Shown: positions 36,986 through 45,457, counted from the stretch's first letter. The stretch: 64,000 nucleotides of DNA from an uncultured Acidobacteriota bacterium (GCA_963757095.1 CAVWQT010000006.1:32960-96959); one strand, 5' to 3'. The notes: generated from the letters alone by a model not told the origin. A program made the numbers and translations.

Positions 36986-37399
36986 ATGGGTCTTCTCGAC
37001 AATCTGGAAAGCATGGCAATGGGCAAAGTGGCCGGATCGAACCCTGAGGTCTCTGCGGTGCTGCAGATGATCCAGAATCATCCCGGCGGAATCAACGGGC
37101 TGGTGGAATCTTTCCACAGCAACGGACTGGGAGGCGTGGTGAACTCCTGGATTGGCAGCGGCCAGAACCAGGCGGTCTCGCCGGACCAGATTCAGCAGGT
37201 GCTGGGTTCGGGGCAGGTGCAGGCGCTGGCACAGAAGCTGGGCGTATCGCCGGAGCAGGCGAGCGCGACCTTGTCACAACTGCTGCCGACCGTGATGGAC
37301 AAGTTGAGTCCGAACGGGGCCGTGCCCGAACATTCCAACCTCCTACAGATGGGCGAGAGCCTTCTGGCGTCGTTCGGCAAGACGGGAACCAACGGCTGA
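36986..37399 (+). CDS. YidB/DUF937-family protein
   Basis: MGLLDNL..GGINGLVESFHSNGLGGVVNSWIGSGQNQAVSPDQIQQVLG..LAQKLGVSPEQASATLSQLLPTVMDKLSPNG. AAAGGAG RBS. Confidence 0.8.
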   Translation: MGLLDNLESMAMGKVAGSNPEVSAVLQMIQNHPGGINGLVESFHSNGLGGVVNSWIGSGQNQAVSPDQIQQVLGSGQVQALAQKLGVSPEQASATLSQLLPTVMDKLSPNGAVPEHSNLLQMGESLLASFGKTGTNG

Positions 37400-37525
37400 C
37401 GCGCGTCAATCGCGGCGGGACGCGGCATTCGCGTCCCGCTCGCACTTTCGTGTGTTCCCTTTATTGCGTTCCGTTTGGGCGTGGAGCATAATCGACATGA
37501 AGTTCTGGCCGGAAATGCTGCGCGC

Positions 37526-38206
37526 GTGAACTTGCCCAACTCCATCACGCTCATTCGTATCCTCAGCATTCCTTTGCTGGTCTGGATCCTTTCCAGCGCA
37601 CGCTTCAGCAGCGCCAACGGCGAAAAAGAATTGCTGGCGGCGGCTCTGTTTCTGGCCGCGGCGATGACCGATGGAATCGACGGCTACCTCGCCCGCAAGC
37701 GCGGGCAAATCACCACCATGGGAATCCTGCTCGATCCCATCGCTGACAAGCTTCTGATTGCGGCCGCGTTCATCGTGCTGGTGCAGCTCAATCCCAGCCT
37801 GGTGCCGGCGTGGGTTGCGATTGTGGTGATCGGCCGCGAATTTCTGGTAAGCGGCTTGCGCTCGATCGCGGCGTCGGAAGGCTTCACCATTGAAGCCAGC
37901 GATCTGGGCAAGTTCAAAATGGTGGTGCAGATTGTCAGCGTGATTGCCGTGATTCTGGACCATCGCTGGAAAGAATGGCCGGTCTATGGCAACTACATTT
38001 TCCCCGTGCACTGGATCGCGGTGGCGGCGATCGGGTTCATGGTGTGCTTGTCGCTGGCTTCGGCGATCGATTACTTTGTCGCATTCTGGTCGAAGATTGA
38101 CCGGCGCGTGGTGAAGCGCCGGCGCCGTGCGTTTATCCTCAGCCGGCGCAGGAAGCCTGTCCCCGCGCCGCCGCAGGCCGATCGCGATGTCGCTGCCTCG
38201 ACTTAG
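37526..38206 (+). CDS. pgsA: CDP-diacylglycerol--glycerol-3-phosphate 3-phosphatidyltransferase
   Basis: VNLPNSITLIRI.. and DGIDGYLARKRGQITTMGILLDPIADK (CDP-alcohol phosphatidyltransferase motif). GTG 37526 chosen as start; the ORF is open from 37475. Confidence 0.85.
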   Translation: MNLPNSITLIRILSIPLLVWILSSARFSSANGEKELLAAALFLAAAMTDGIDGYLARKRGQITTMGILLDPIADKLLIAAAFIVLVQLNPSLVPAWVAIVVIGREFLVSGLRSIAASEGFTIEASDLGKFKMVVQIVSVIAVILDHRWKEWPVYGNYIFPVHWIAVAAIGFMVCLSLASAIDYFVAFWSKIDRRVVKRRRRAFILSRRRKPVPAPPQADRDVAAST

Positions 38207-38777
38207 TCCGATCACCGAAAAATCCGGAAAGTTTTCCGCGGAGGAGCGCGCGCTTTTGCTGCGCCTGGCTCACGATTCCATTCTCTCCGCGCTCGAAAAG
38301 CGCTCCATCCCGCTGGAGCCACCGACCCCTCATCTGGCCGAGCCTCGGGGCGTGTTTACTTCTCTTTATTTGCAGGGCCAGTTGCGAGGATGCGTCGGCT
38401 ATGCGCTGGCCGTGACTCCGGTCTATCGAGCCGTGGCAGAGACGGCGCGGGCCGCGGCCTTTGAAGATATTCGATTTTCCCCGGTCACCCTGGAGGAAGC
38501 GCCGCATCTGCAGGTTGAGTTGAGCATCCTGTCGGTGCCGCGAGCGATCACCGCGGAAGAGGTGGAACCGGGCCATCATGGATTGCTGATCACTCTGAAT
38601 GGACGACGTGGGTTGCTGCTGCCGCAGGTTGCCCAGGAGCATGGGTGGGATCGCCAGACGTTCCTCGAACAGACCTGCCGCAAGGCAGGGTTGCCGGTAG
38701 ATGCGTGGCAAAAGGGAGCGGTCATCGAGGCGTTTACCGCGGAGGTGTTTGGAGAGAAGAGCGCCCAGGCTACCTAG
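38187..38777 (+). CDS. AMMECR1-domain protein (AmmeMemoRadiSam system protein A-like)
   Basis: ..PRGVFTSLYLQGQLRGCVGY.. and ..LLLPQVAQEHGWDRQTFL... Overlaps the pgsA end by 20 nt. Confidence 0.8.
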   Translation: MSLPRLSPITEKSGKFSAEERALLLRLAHDSILSALEKRSIPLEPPTPHLAEPRGVFTSLYLQGQLRGCVGYALAVTPVYRAVAETARAAAFEDIRFSPVTLEEAPHLQVELSILSVPRAITAEEVEPGHHGLLITLNGRRGLLLPQVAQEHGWDRQTFLEQTCRKAGLPVDAWQKGAVIEAFTAEVFGEKSAQAT

Positions 38778-38788
38778 AAGCGCCAAGG

Positions 38789-39001
38789 TCATCCCATCCG
38801 CTTTCTGCGGCGCTCGGCTTTGTAATCGTAGGTTGGATCGAAATCGAAAGTGCCGAAGGCTTCCAGAATTTTCTGCTGTTTATGCCAGCGAATGTACTCT
38901 TCAAGTGCAGCAATCACGGTTTCCGTCTTCGTTTTGTGCCGACCAAGAGTGCGGGATTCTTCCATCAAGCTATTGTCAATTTTGAAAGCAATTCCCTCCA
39001 A
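38789..39001 (-). CDS. VapB/DUF2191-like type II antitoxin (orphan)
   Basis: ..IAFKIDNSLMEESRTLGRHKTKTETVIAALEEYIRWHKQQKILEAFG.. In-frame TTG at 39001; an ATG at 39009 is one base out of frame. Confidence 0.55.
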   Translation of the reverse strand: MEGIAFKIDNSLMEESRTLGRHKTKTETVIAALEEYIRWHKQQKILEAFGTFDFDPTYDYKAERRRKRMG

Positions 39002-39104
39002 GGGCCATGATCTCACGGCCGGCTGACCGCCGCCAAAACAAAGCCGGGGACGTTTCCGTCCCCGGCTTCTGACTGCGTCGCTTTGCGGACTGAAAACTTC
39101 TGAC

Positions 39105-40061
39105 CTATTCCACCTGATCGAGTTCCACACCATCGCCGGCGTGCACGTCTTCCATGGAGAAGACGACCATTCCGGTGGCGGTGGTGTTGGTCACGCCGAT
39201 GACGACGATCTCACCGACGGCGCGGCGGGGCAGGTCACGCACGTGAATCACGGGACCATTTCCTTTGGTGAACATGCGGGGATCGACTGAGGGCGTTTTC
39301 TTCTGCGTGTCCTCAGCGATAGCCGCTTTGAATGAGAGCGAGTCGGCGGGATCGGTCAGATCCGCATCGTAGGAGCGCACGGCGCGGAAGAAGTCGCCAA
39401 CCTTTACGCCCTGCGCCGCTCCGACGTTGAGATACACCTTCTGGCCGGTGCCGAACTGCGAATCAAAATCCTTACCCATCACGATGCGGCCGGAAACTTT
39501 GCTGCTCGAAGGCAGGAAACGGTCGAAGCGAATCGGCGTATGGAAAGTGACTGCCTGCTTCTCGGCAAACGGAATGGCAGTGTCGCCGGGGTTCACGCCG
39601 TCGCATGCATATTCGATCAGGGCGATGGCGGACTTGCTGCGCGTGTCGATGATCTTGATGCGACCGACTTCTTCATAGGGCTGGCCGGTTTCCTTCAAGA
39701 GCTTTTTCTGGCCCGGGAACATTTCATACTCGTTGACGTCACGCAGGGCTCGGACAATTTCATATTCCGCGCCAGCGCTGTAGCCGGTTCCCTTCAGGTA
39801 GACCATGTCACCGCGGGTGAACTTCGTAGTGGTAGGCGTCTGCAGGCCGCCTTCAACGAAGTTGGCGTCGGGCAGGGTTGCCTTGCTGATGAATCCAGCG
39901 CAATAGAGATCCGCATAGGTGGGAGTCTGGACGCGCTCGACGGGAAAGCTGGCCGTGGTCGGCGAGGTGCCCTGAGGAGTTTCGGTCGAACTCGCGTCGG
40001 TTCCCGACTGAGCCCACGCCGCGGTCGCCAGCAACAGCATTAACAATCCTGTTTTCTTCAT
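39105..40061 (-). CDS. Hypothetical secreted protein
   Basis: ATG 40061 follows GGAGGT. Signal peptide MKKTGLLMLLLATAAWAQ. 318 aa with no recognised domain. Confidence 0.65.
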   Translation of the reverse strand: MKKTGLLMLLLATAAWAQSGTDASSTETPQGTSPTTASFPVERVQTPTYADLYCAGFISKATLPDANFVEGGLQTPTTTKFTRGDMVYLKGTGYSAGAEYEIVRALRDVNEYEMFPGQKKLLKETGQPYEEVGRIKIIDTRSKSAIALIEYACDGVNPGDTAIPFAEKQAVTFHTPIRFDRFLPSSSKVSGRIVMGKDFDSQFGTGQKVYLNVGAAQGVKVGDFFRAVRSYDADLTDPADSLSFKAAIAEDTQKKTPSVDPRMFTKGNGPVIHVRDLPRRAVGEIVVIGVTNTTATGMVVFSMEDVHAGDGVELDQVE

Positions 40062-40223
40062 GTTACCTCCGGCAGAGGACTGCCGTTCGTCCCCCACACT
40101 AGTCAAATGCCAGAAAAGAAAGGCTTCAATCGGAAGGTAACAAGAGGGTAAGGGAGGGTCAAGGTTACGAGGGTGTGGGCCTCATTGGACAAAAAGAATT
40201 TCGCGGAGAGTGCGAATCCGTTG

Positions 40224-40252
40224 TTGCATAAAGAATTACTCCCCTGTAATAA
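40224..40252 (+). promoter_or_regulatory. Candidate sigma-70-type promoter TTGCAT-N17-TAATAA upstream of aroDE
   Basis: Hexamers and spacing read directly. About 45 nt upstream of GTG 40298. Confidence 0.3.
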
Positions 40253-40297
40253 TTCGCGGTCGTAAAACTTTGAGCTCATTTCTAAGGGCCGGAACCA

Positions 40298-41950
40298 GTG
40301 TCCGAACTCAGAACGCAGGGATTAAGGGTGCCCGAGACCAGGCTGTCGGATGTCAGACTGCCGGGCGGAAGACCGTCTGTCGGGCGCCCGGCGCCGGCCA
40401 GTACGGGCTACACGCCGCGCCTGTTGCCTCTGCGCTTGCCGCGGGTGTGCGTGGCGGTGATTGGCAACGATCCTGCGGAACTGGTGGATAAGGCCGAGTC
40501 CCTGGTTCGAGATAACTCCTTTCTCGAGTTCAGGTTGGACTATCTTTCGAAACCGGCACTGGCGATTCCGAAGGTGAAGCGCTTTCTGGAATCGAACCCC
40601 GGTACGGTGGTGGTGGCGACTTGCCGGCGAGTGCCGAATGGCGGGAAGTTTCGGGGGTCGATCGCCTCGCAACTTGATGTTCTGGCTAAGGCTGCGGCGG
40701 CTGGCTGCCAGTTGATTGACCTTGAACTGCAGACGGCAGCCAAATGCAAGCCCGAGCACCTTCGTAAGCTGCGCGGGCGAGCCGGGCTGATCCTTTCGTT
40801 CCATGACTTCAGGGGCACCAAGAAGCTGGATGAGACGCTCGAAAAGATGCGCGCCATCCCCGCCGATTACTACAAGTTAGTGAGCACGGCGACCACGCTC
40901 TCAGACAACGTGGGCATGATGAAGTTCCTTAACCGCGAGGGCGACCGAAATTCTCTGGTCAGCATGTGCATGGGAGAACAGGGCGTCATCAGCCGCGTGC
41001 TGGGCGTGCGCGCGGGCAGCGTGTTTACGTTTGCCGCAGCCGGGATTGGCCAGGAGACCGCGCCCGGGCAGATCACCGCGCAGGAGTTGCGCAATGTGTA
41101 TCGCATCGACACCGTCGATGCGGCCACACGAGTCTATGGAGTGGCGGGCGATCCGATCGCGCATTCCCTGTCTCCGGCGATCATGAATGCGGCGTTCCGG
41201 CGGGAGAACGTGAACGCGGTGTTTCTGGCGCTTCATGCCAAGACCTTGAAGGATTTGTTGAACTGCGTGCGTGAGATTCCGATTCACGGCATCAGCGTGA
41301 CCATGCCGTACAAAGAGGCGATCCTGTCGCATCTGGACAACACCGATGCGCACACCACGAAGATCGGCGCTTGCAACACGGTGGTGCGGGCGCAGGATGG
41401 CAAGCTTTATGGCTTCAACACGGACGCTTCCGGCATTGTGAGGCCACTGGAGCGCCGGCTGGCAACGCTGGAGAAGGCACGCATTCTGGTGCTTGGGGCG
41501 GGAGGCGCGGCGCGGGCAGCGGTCTTTGGATTGAAGGAGCGCGGGGCTGAAGTTTATATCCTGAATCGCAGCGCGGCTCCGGCCAAGAAGCTGGCCCACC
41601 AGGCGCGAGCGCGGCTGGCGAAGCGGGCCGATTTGAAGAAGCTGGCCTTCGACGTGATCATCAACGCGACCCCTGTGGGCATGGGAAATACGCGTGAAAC
41701 ACCCCTCCAGGAAAAAGAGATCAATGCCCGCTATGTCTTTGATATGGTGTACGATCCGGTCGAAACCCGGCTACTGAAGCTGGCCAAAGAGCGGGGAGCG
41801 CAGATAATTCCAGGGATCGAAATGTTCGTCCATCAAGCCGCCCGGCAGTTCGAGATATGGACGGGCAAACCCGCGCCCTTCGACGAGATGTTACGCGTGG
41901 TGGTGCTCGCTTTACAGGAGCGGGCACAGCGGAACGCCGGTGGAAAATGA
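40298..41950 (+). CDS. aroDE: Bifunctional 3-dehydroquinate dehydratase (type I) / shikimate 5-dehydrogenase
   Basis: N-terminal half ..VCVAVIG..EFRLDYL..LILSFHDF..YKLVSTA; C-terminal half ..VYGVAGDPIAHSLSPAIMNAAF..SVTMPYKEA..GACNTV..GFNTD..LGAGGAARA. Start uncertain (GTG 40298 or GTG 40445). Confidence 0.88.
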   Translation: MSELRTQGLRVPETRLSDVRLPGGRPSVGRPAPASTGYTPRLLPLRLPRVCVAVIGNDPAELVDKAESLVRDNSFLEFRLDYLSKPALAIPKVKRFLESNPGTVVVATCRRVPNGGKFRGSIASQLDVLAKAAAAGCQLIDLELQTAAKCKPEHLRKLRGRAGLILSFHDFRGTKKLDETLEKMRAIPADYYKLVSTATTLSDNVGMMKFLNREGDRNSLVSMCMGEQGVISRVLGVRAGSVFTFAAAGIGQETAPGQITAQELRNVYRIDTVDAATRVYGVAGDPIAHSLSPAIMNAAFRRENVNAVFLALHAKTLKDLLNCVREIPIHGISVTMPYKEAILSHLDNTDAHTTKIGACNTVVRAQDGKLYGFNTDASGIVRPLERRLATLEKARILVLGAGGAARAAVFGLKERGAEVYILNRSAAPAKKLAHQARARLAKRADLKKLAFDVIINATPVGMGNTRETPLQEKEINARYVFDMVYDPVETRLLKLAKERGAQIIPGIEMFVHQAARQFEIWTGKPAPFDEMLRVVVLALQERAQRNAGGK

Positions 41951-41980
41951 AAGCGAATGATGCGTTCCGAAAAGAAAAAG

Positions 41981-42010
41981 TTGCATTTTAGTAGATGCCC
42001 AAAGTAATAT
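41981..42010 (+). promoter_or_regulatory. Candidate promoter TTGCAT-N18-TAATAT in the AT-rich spacer upstream of the GvpL/F-like gene
   Basis: Hexamers read directly. Would give a leader of about 160 nt containing the hairpin AGGGAATG..CATTCCCT (42017-42045). Confidence 0.3.
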
Positions 42011-42175
42011 GCAATTAGGGAATGAGAGACTGTAAGGCATTCCCTGATAGGTTCCACTAGTAGGTTTCGATCCTGTACCGCCCGGTTTCCAACTTCCAAG
42101 ATCGTTTCACTTTGGCGAAACACTCGACGTGAGAGGCGACCCTGTTCGCTTCCATCCCGGTTCGGAGAGTTCAAC

Positions 42176-42922
42176 ATGGCGTGGTACGCGTACTGTCTGA
42201 CTGAGCATCAAACCCTCCCCAATGGCACCCGCACTCGCCGCCCTTTCCTGTTAGAGGGTGTACAAGGCGTTAATGGCGCTGCGGTACTGAGCTATCCCAG
42301 CGGCGAATTTGCCGTGGTGGTTAGCGAGTACGACCGGCCAGGCAACGAACTTGATCAAAAGGCCGCTATCGAGCATGCACGGGTAGTGAGCAACTGCTTC
42401 CGCAATTCGACAGTCCTTCCCTTTAAATTCGGCACGATATTCGACAGTGAAGACGCTCTGCGCCAGGCCGTCCGGGTCAACCGGCGGGCCTTTGGACAGA
42501 GCGTGGAACGGCTGCGTGGCAAGTCCGAAATGCACATTAAGCTGGTAGTGCGCGACGGATCGCTGCGTGAGGCCATGATCGACATCGAACTGCCTGACAC
42601 CGTTGGCGGCGACTACCTGTCGAAGCTGAAGGTGAAGGCCTCCCGCGAGCGCGAACGCCAGACCAAGGCGCGGGCGCTGTCGGTCCAGGTGCACAAGCTG
42701 TTCAATCCGCTTGAGGAAGAAGTGAGCTGCAAGAAAGTGGCTCCGGAGGGCATGTTGATCGACATCGCCCACCTGATCGACTCCAAGAGCGTGGAAAAGT
42801 ACCAGAACCGCTATTCGACGGCAGCCAAGCAGTTGAAGAACTGCGAAGTGGCCATTAGCGGACCCTGGCCGCCCTATCACTTCCTGCCTGGGAAGCTGCG
42901 GACGGTTGCGGGTAACAGCTAG
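42176..42922 (+). CDS. GvpL/GvpF-family (gas-vesicle accessory) protein, orphan
   Basis: MAWYAYCLT.., LEGVQGVNGAAV..EFAVVVSEY, HARVVSNCFRNSTVLPFKFGTIF, and C-terminal ISGPWPPYHF match the family pattern I know. Confidence 0.8.
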   Translation: MAWYAYCLTEHQTLPNGTRTRRPFLLEGVQGVNGAAVLSYPSGEFAVVVSEYDRPGNELDQKAAIEHARVVSNCFRNSTVLPFKFGTIFDSEDALRQAVRVNRRAFGQSVERLRGKSEMHIKLVVRDGSLREAMIDIELPDTVGGDYLSKLKVKASRERERQTKARALSVQVHKLFNPLEEEVSCKKVAPEGMLIDIAHLIDSKSVEKYQNRYSTAAKQLKNCEVAISGPWPPYHFLPGKLRTVAGNS

Positions 42923-42937
42923 ATTCCATTGAGTCTA

Positions 42938-42986
42938 AAGAGGCTGGCGGGATTGTGCAATTTCCCGCCAGCCTCTTCCTTTTTCC
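42938..42986 (+). terminator. Rho-independent terminator
   Basis: AAGAGGCTGGCGGGA-loop-TCCCGCCAGCCTCTT followed by CCTTTTTCC. Confidence 0.85.
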
Positions 42987-43313
42987 TTCTCTGGTAGGGG
43001 AATGCATTCAATGTGCATTGTTGTGCACTTGGGGTGGGCCGTGCTTTGCGCGAGGTTCTAGCCGCGGCTACGCCAATGCGAGCTAAGTGTCTCTGGGTCA
43101 TCTATTTATATTTGATTTGTGGGATTGGCGGCTGAAGTCCGCCTTTGGCGCGGGAAGTGCTTCAGTCAGAGGTAATAAAGAGGCCGCAACCTAGCAACAT
43201 GACCATCACTCTCTTTGATATTCCGCGTCACTACCCGAACCGTTCCGATCGGCGGAACGGCGTCTTGCATCGCCTATCCTGACATCACCTACCAATTTGT
43301 GCCTCTTGGACTT

Positions 43314-43338
43314 GGCCCCAGCAATGGGGCCATTTTTT
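43314..43338 (+). terminator. Terminator-like hairpin with no annotated upstream gene
   Basis: GGCCCC-AGCAAT-GGGGCC-A-TTTTTT. Confidence 0.5.
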
Positions 43339-43371
43339 ATTTGGTAGTCGCGCTCTGGTAGACTTTCGCGC

Positions 43372-44333
43372 ATGACGGCGATCCAGTCGAAGAGAATTTT
43401 TAGGGCAGTGTGCGGGAGCGGTGGCGTGCGCGGGATTTTTGCCGGTTCTGGCGCGGGCCGATTCTAGTCCGGCGGTCAAGTTCCCAACCAATCCGCGGGA
43501 GCGGGTTGCGGTGGCGGCGTATCCCTTTCGTGAATTTATTGTGGGGTGGAAGGAATCGGACGGGAATTCTGCGAGTGCGGTCCCGGTGGCGCAGCAGGTC
43601 GAATTGAAGGATTTCGCCGCGCACGTGGCGGAGAAATTTAACGTCCACCGGATCGAGCCCTGGAGCCGCGTCTTCCCTTCTACTGATGCGAAATATCTGG
43701 AGCAATTCCGCGCGGCCGTCGACAAGGCTCATTCTGCGGTCGTGGATATTGCCGTCGACGAAGAGTACAGCCAGTATTCAGCCGATGCGGCCGAGCGCGA
43801 TCGGGCGGTGGTCGCCAGCAAGCGCTGGGTAGATGTCGGTGCGGCGCTGGGCTCCCCAAGCATTCGCACGCATATTCAGCAGGCAAAGGATTCGAAGCCG
43901 GACGCGGCAAGGGCTGCGGACACGTTGAAGCGTGTCGCGGAGTACGGCGAGAAGAAGAATGTTGTGATCCATCTGGAGAATGATGATCCGGTCAGCGAAG
44001 ATCCGTTCTTCATTGTGCAGGTGATCGATAAAGTGAACAGTCCGTGGCTGCGGGCTTTGCCGGATTTCGGCAACTCGCTGGCCGCGCATGACTGAGGACT
44101 TCGCGTACAAAGGGATTGATGCGATGTTCGCCCATGCCTATGGCATCTGCCATGTGAAGGATGGCGAGGTGAACGAACAGGGCAAGGCGGTGCACGTCGA
44201 CCTGGCGCGGACCTTCGGCATTCTGAAGGCGCATGGATACAAGGGATATTGCTCGATCGAGTACGACGCGCCAGGGGATCCGTATAAGGCCACGGCGGAA
44301 TTGGTGGAAGGGACCGTAAAATTTTTGTCGTAA
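43372..44333 (+). CDS. Sugar-phosphate isomerase/epimerase (xylose-isomerase-like TIM barrel) with a Tat-type signal; frame interrupted twice
   Basis: The ATG 43372 frame stops after 31 codons. The +1 frame reads SRREFLGQCAGAVACAGFLPVLARA (twin-arginine signal) and continues to 44095. ORF 44088-44333 continues as ..DFGNSLAAHD|EDFAYKGIDAMFAHAYGICHVKD... Confidence 0.7.
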
Positions 44334-44347
44334 GTGGAGGAGATAGC

Positions 44348-44794
44348 ATGAAACGGACGATCGTTGTTCCCATTCTGTTTTTCATTCTCTGTATCGGAGC
44401 TAGCGCAGCCGACCGGAAGCACATCGTGAATCCGCGGCCCAAGGGATTCGAAACGCTACCCTTCAGCGATGGGGTGCTGGTGGGGAACACGCTCTACGTC
44501 GCCGGTCATATTGGCGTTGAGCAAAAAACAGGCATGCCGCCGGCAAGCGCCGAAGAGGAGGCTCGACTGGCGATGGAAGGAATCAAGCAGACGGTGGAGT
44601 CTGCAGGCATGTCTATGGACGATCTGGTGTCGGTGCAGGTTTTCTGCACCGACTTGAAGCTCTATGACACGTTCAACACGGTTTACAAAAGTTATTTTCA
44701 CGGCGGAGAATATCCGGCGCGGGCGTTTCTTGGAACGGCTACGTTGCTGCGCGGCGGACGATACGAAGTGATGGGGATTGCGATCAAGAAGTAG
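44348..44794 (+). CDS. RidA/YjgF-family protein with a signal peptide
   Basis: MKRTIVVPILFFILCIGASA.., LYVAGHIG and ..PARAFLGTATL... Confidence 0.8.
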   Translation: MKRTIVVPILFFILCIGASAADRKHIVNPRPKGFETLPFSDGVLVGNTLYVAGHIGVEQKTGMPPASAEEEARLAMEGIKQTVESAGMSMDDLVSVQVFCTDLKLYDTFNTVYKSYFHGGEYPARAFLGTATLLRGGRYEVMGIAIKK

Positions 44795-44846
44795 GGAATT
44801 CTCTTTTTGTTCGCCCACAATTGTATTTTTGTGGTATCTGTAATCC

Positions 44847-45446
44847 ATGCGGAAGGCGATCAACCACCTGAAGAAATCGGATCCCGTGCTGCGCGGGATT
44901 ATTGAACGGGTGGGACCTTTCCGGATGGAATTTGGCCCTCCGGAATTTTGCAGCCTGGCCGAGTCGATCGTCTATCAGCAACTGAATGGCAAGGCCGCGG
45001 CGACGATCTGGGAGCGCTTTGAGGCCCTGGCTGGGGATCCGCTTACGCCTGAGGGTATTTTGAAGTTGACGGACGAGCAGATGCGGGGCGTGGGCTTGTC
45101 GAAGCAGAAATCTTCTTACTTGAAGGATTTGGCGGCGAAGACGGCAGCGGGAGTTTTGGATTTTTCGCGATTGCCGGAATTGCCGGATGAAGAAGTGATC
45201 AAGCATCTGACCCAGGTGAAGGGCATCGGGGTGTGGACGGCGCACATGTTTCTGATGTTCACGCTGCAGCGTCCAGATGTGTTGCCCACGGGCGATTACG
45301 GAGTGCAGGCTGCGATCAAGAAACATTACCGTAAACGCAAACTGCCCAAGCCTGAGGTTATGGAAAAAATCGCGCGGGCATGGTCGCCGTATCGCAGCGT
45401 TGCCTGCTGGTATTTGTGGCGGAGCCTGGACATCAAGACTCTTTAA
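44847..45446 (+). CDS. DNA-3-methyladenine glycosylase II-type (HhH-GPD) base-excision enzyme
   Basis: ..[33 protein letters not shown] (HhH-GPD with catalytic Asp). Confidence 0.8.
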   Translation: MRKAINHLKKSDPVLRGIIERVGPFRMEFGPPEFCSLAESIVYQQLNGKAAATIWERFEALAGDPLTPEGILKLTDEQMRGVGLSKQKSSYLKDLAAKTAAGVLDFSRLPELPDEEVIKHLTQVKGIGVWTAHMFLMFTLQRPDVLPTGDYGVQAAIKKHYRKRKLPKPEVMEKIARAWSPYRSVACWYLWRSLDIKTL

Positions 45447-45457
45447 TCACCCCTTTG

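Noticed and set aside
42040-42085. tRNA-like 3' fragment (GTAGG-TTTCGAT-CCTGT-ACCGCCC), a possible integrase att remnant
   Set aside because: The T-stem needs two G-U pairs, the T-loop is non-canonical, there is no matching 5' acceptor strand or anticodon arm, and no integrase is nearby.
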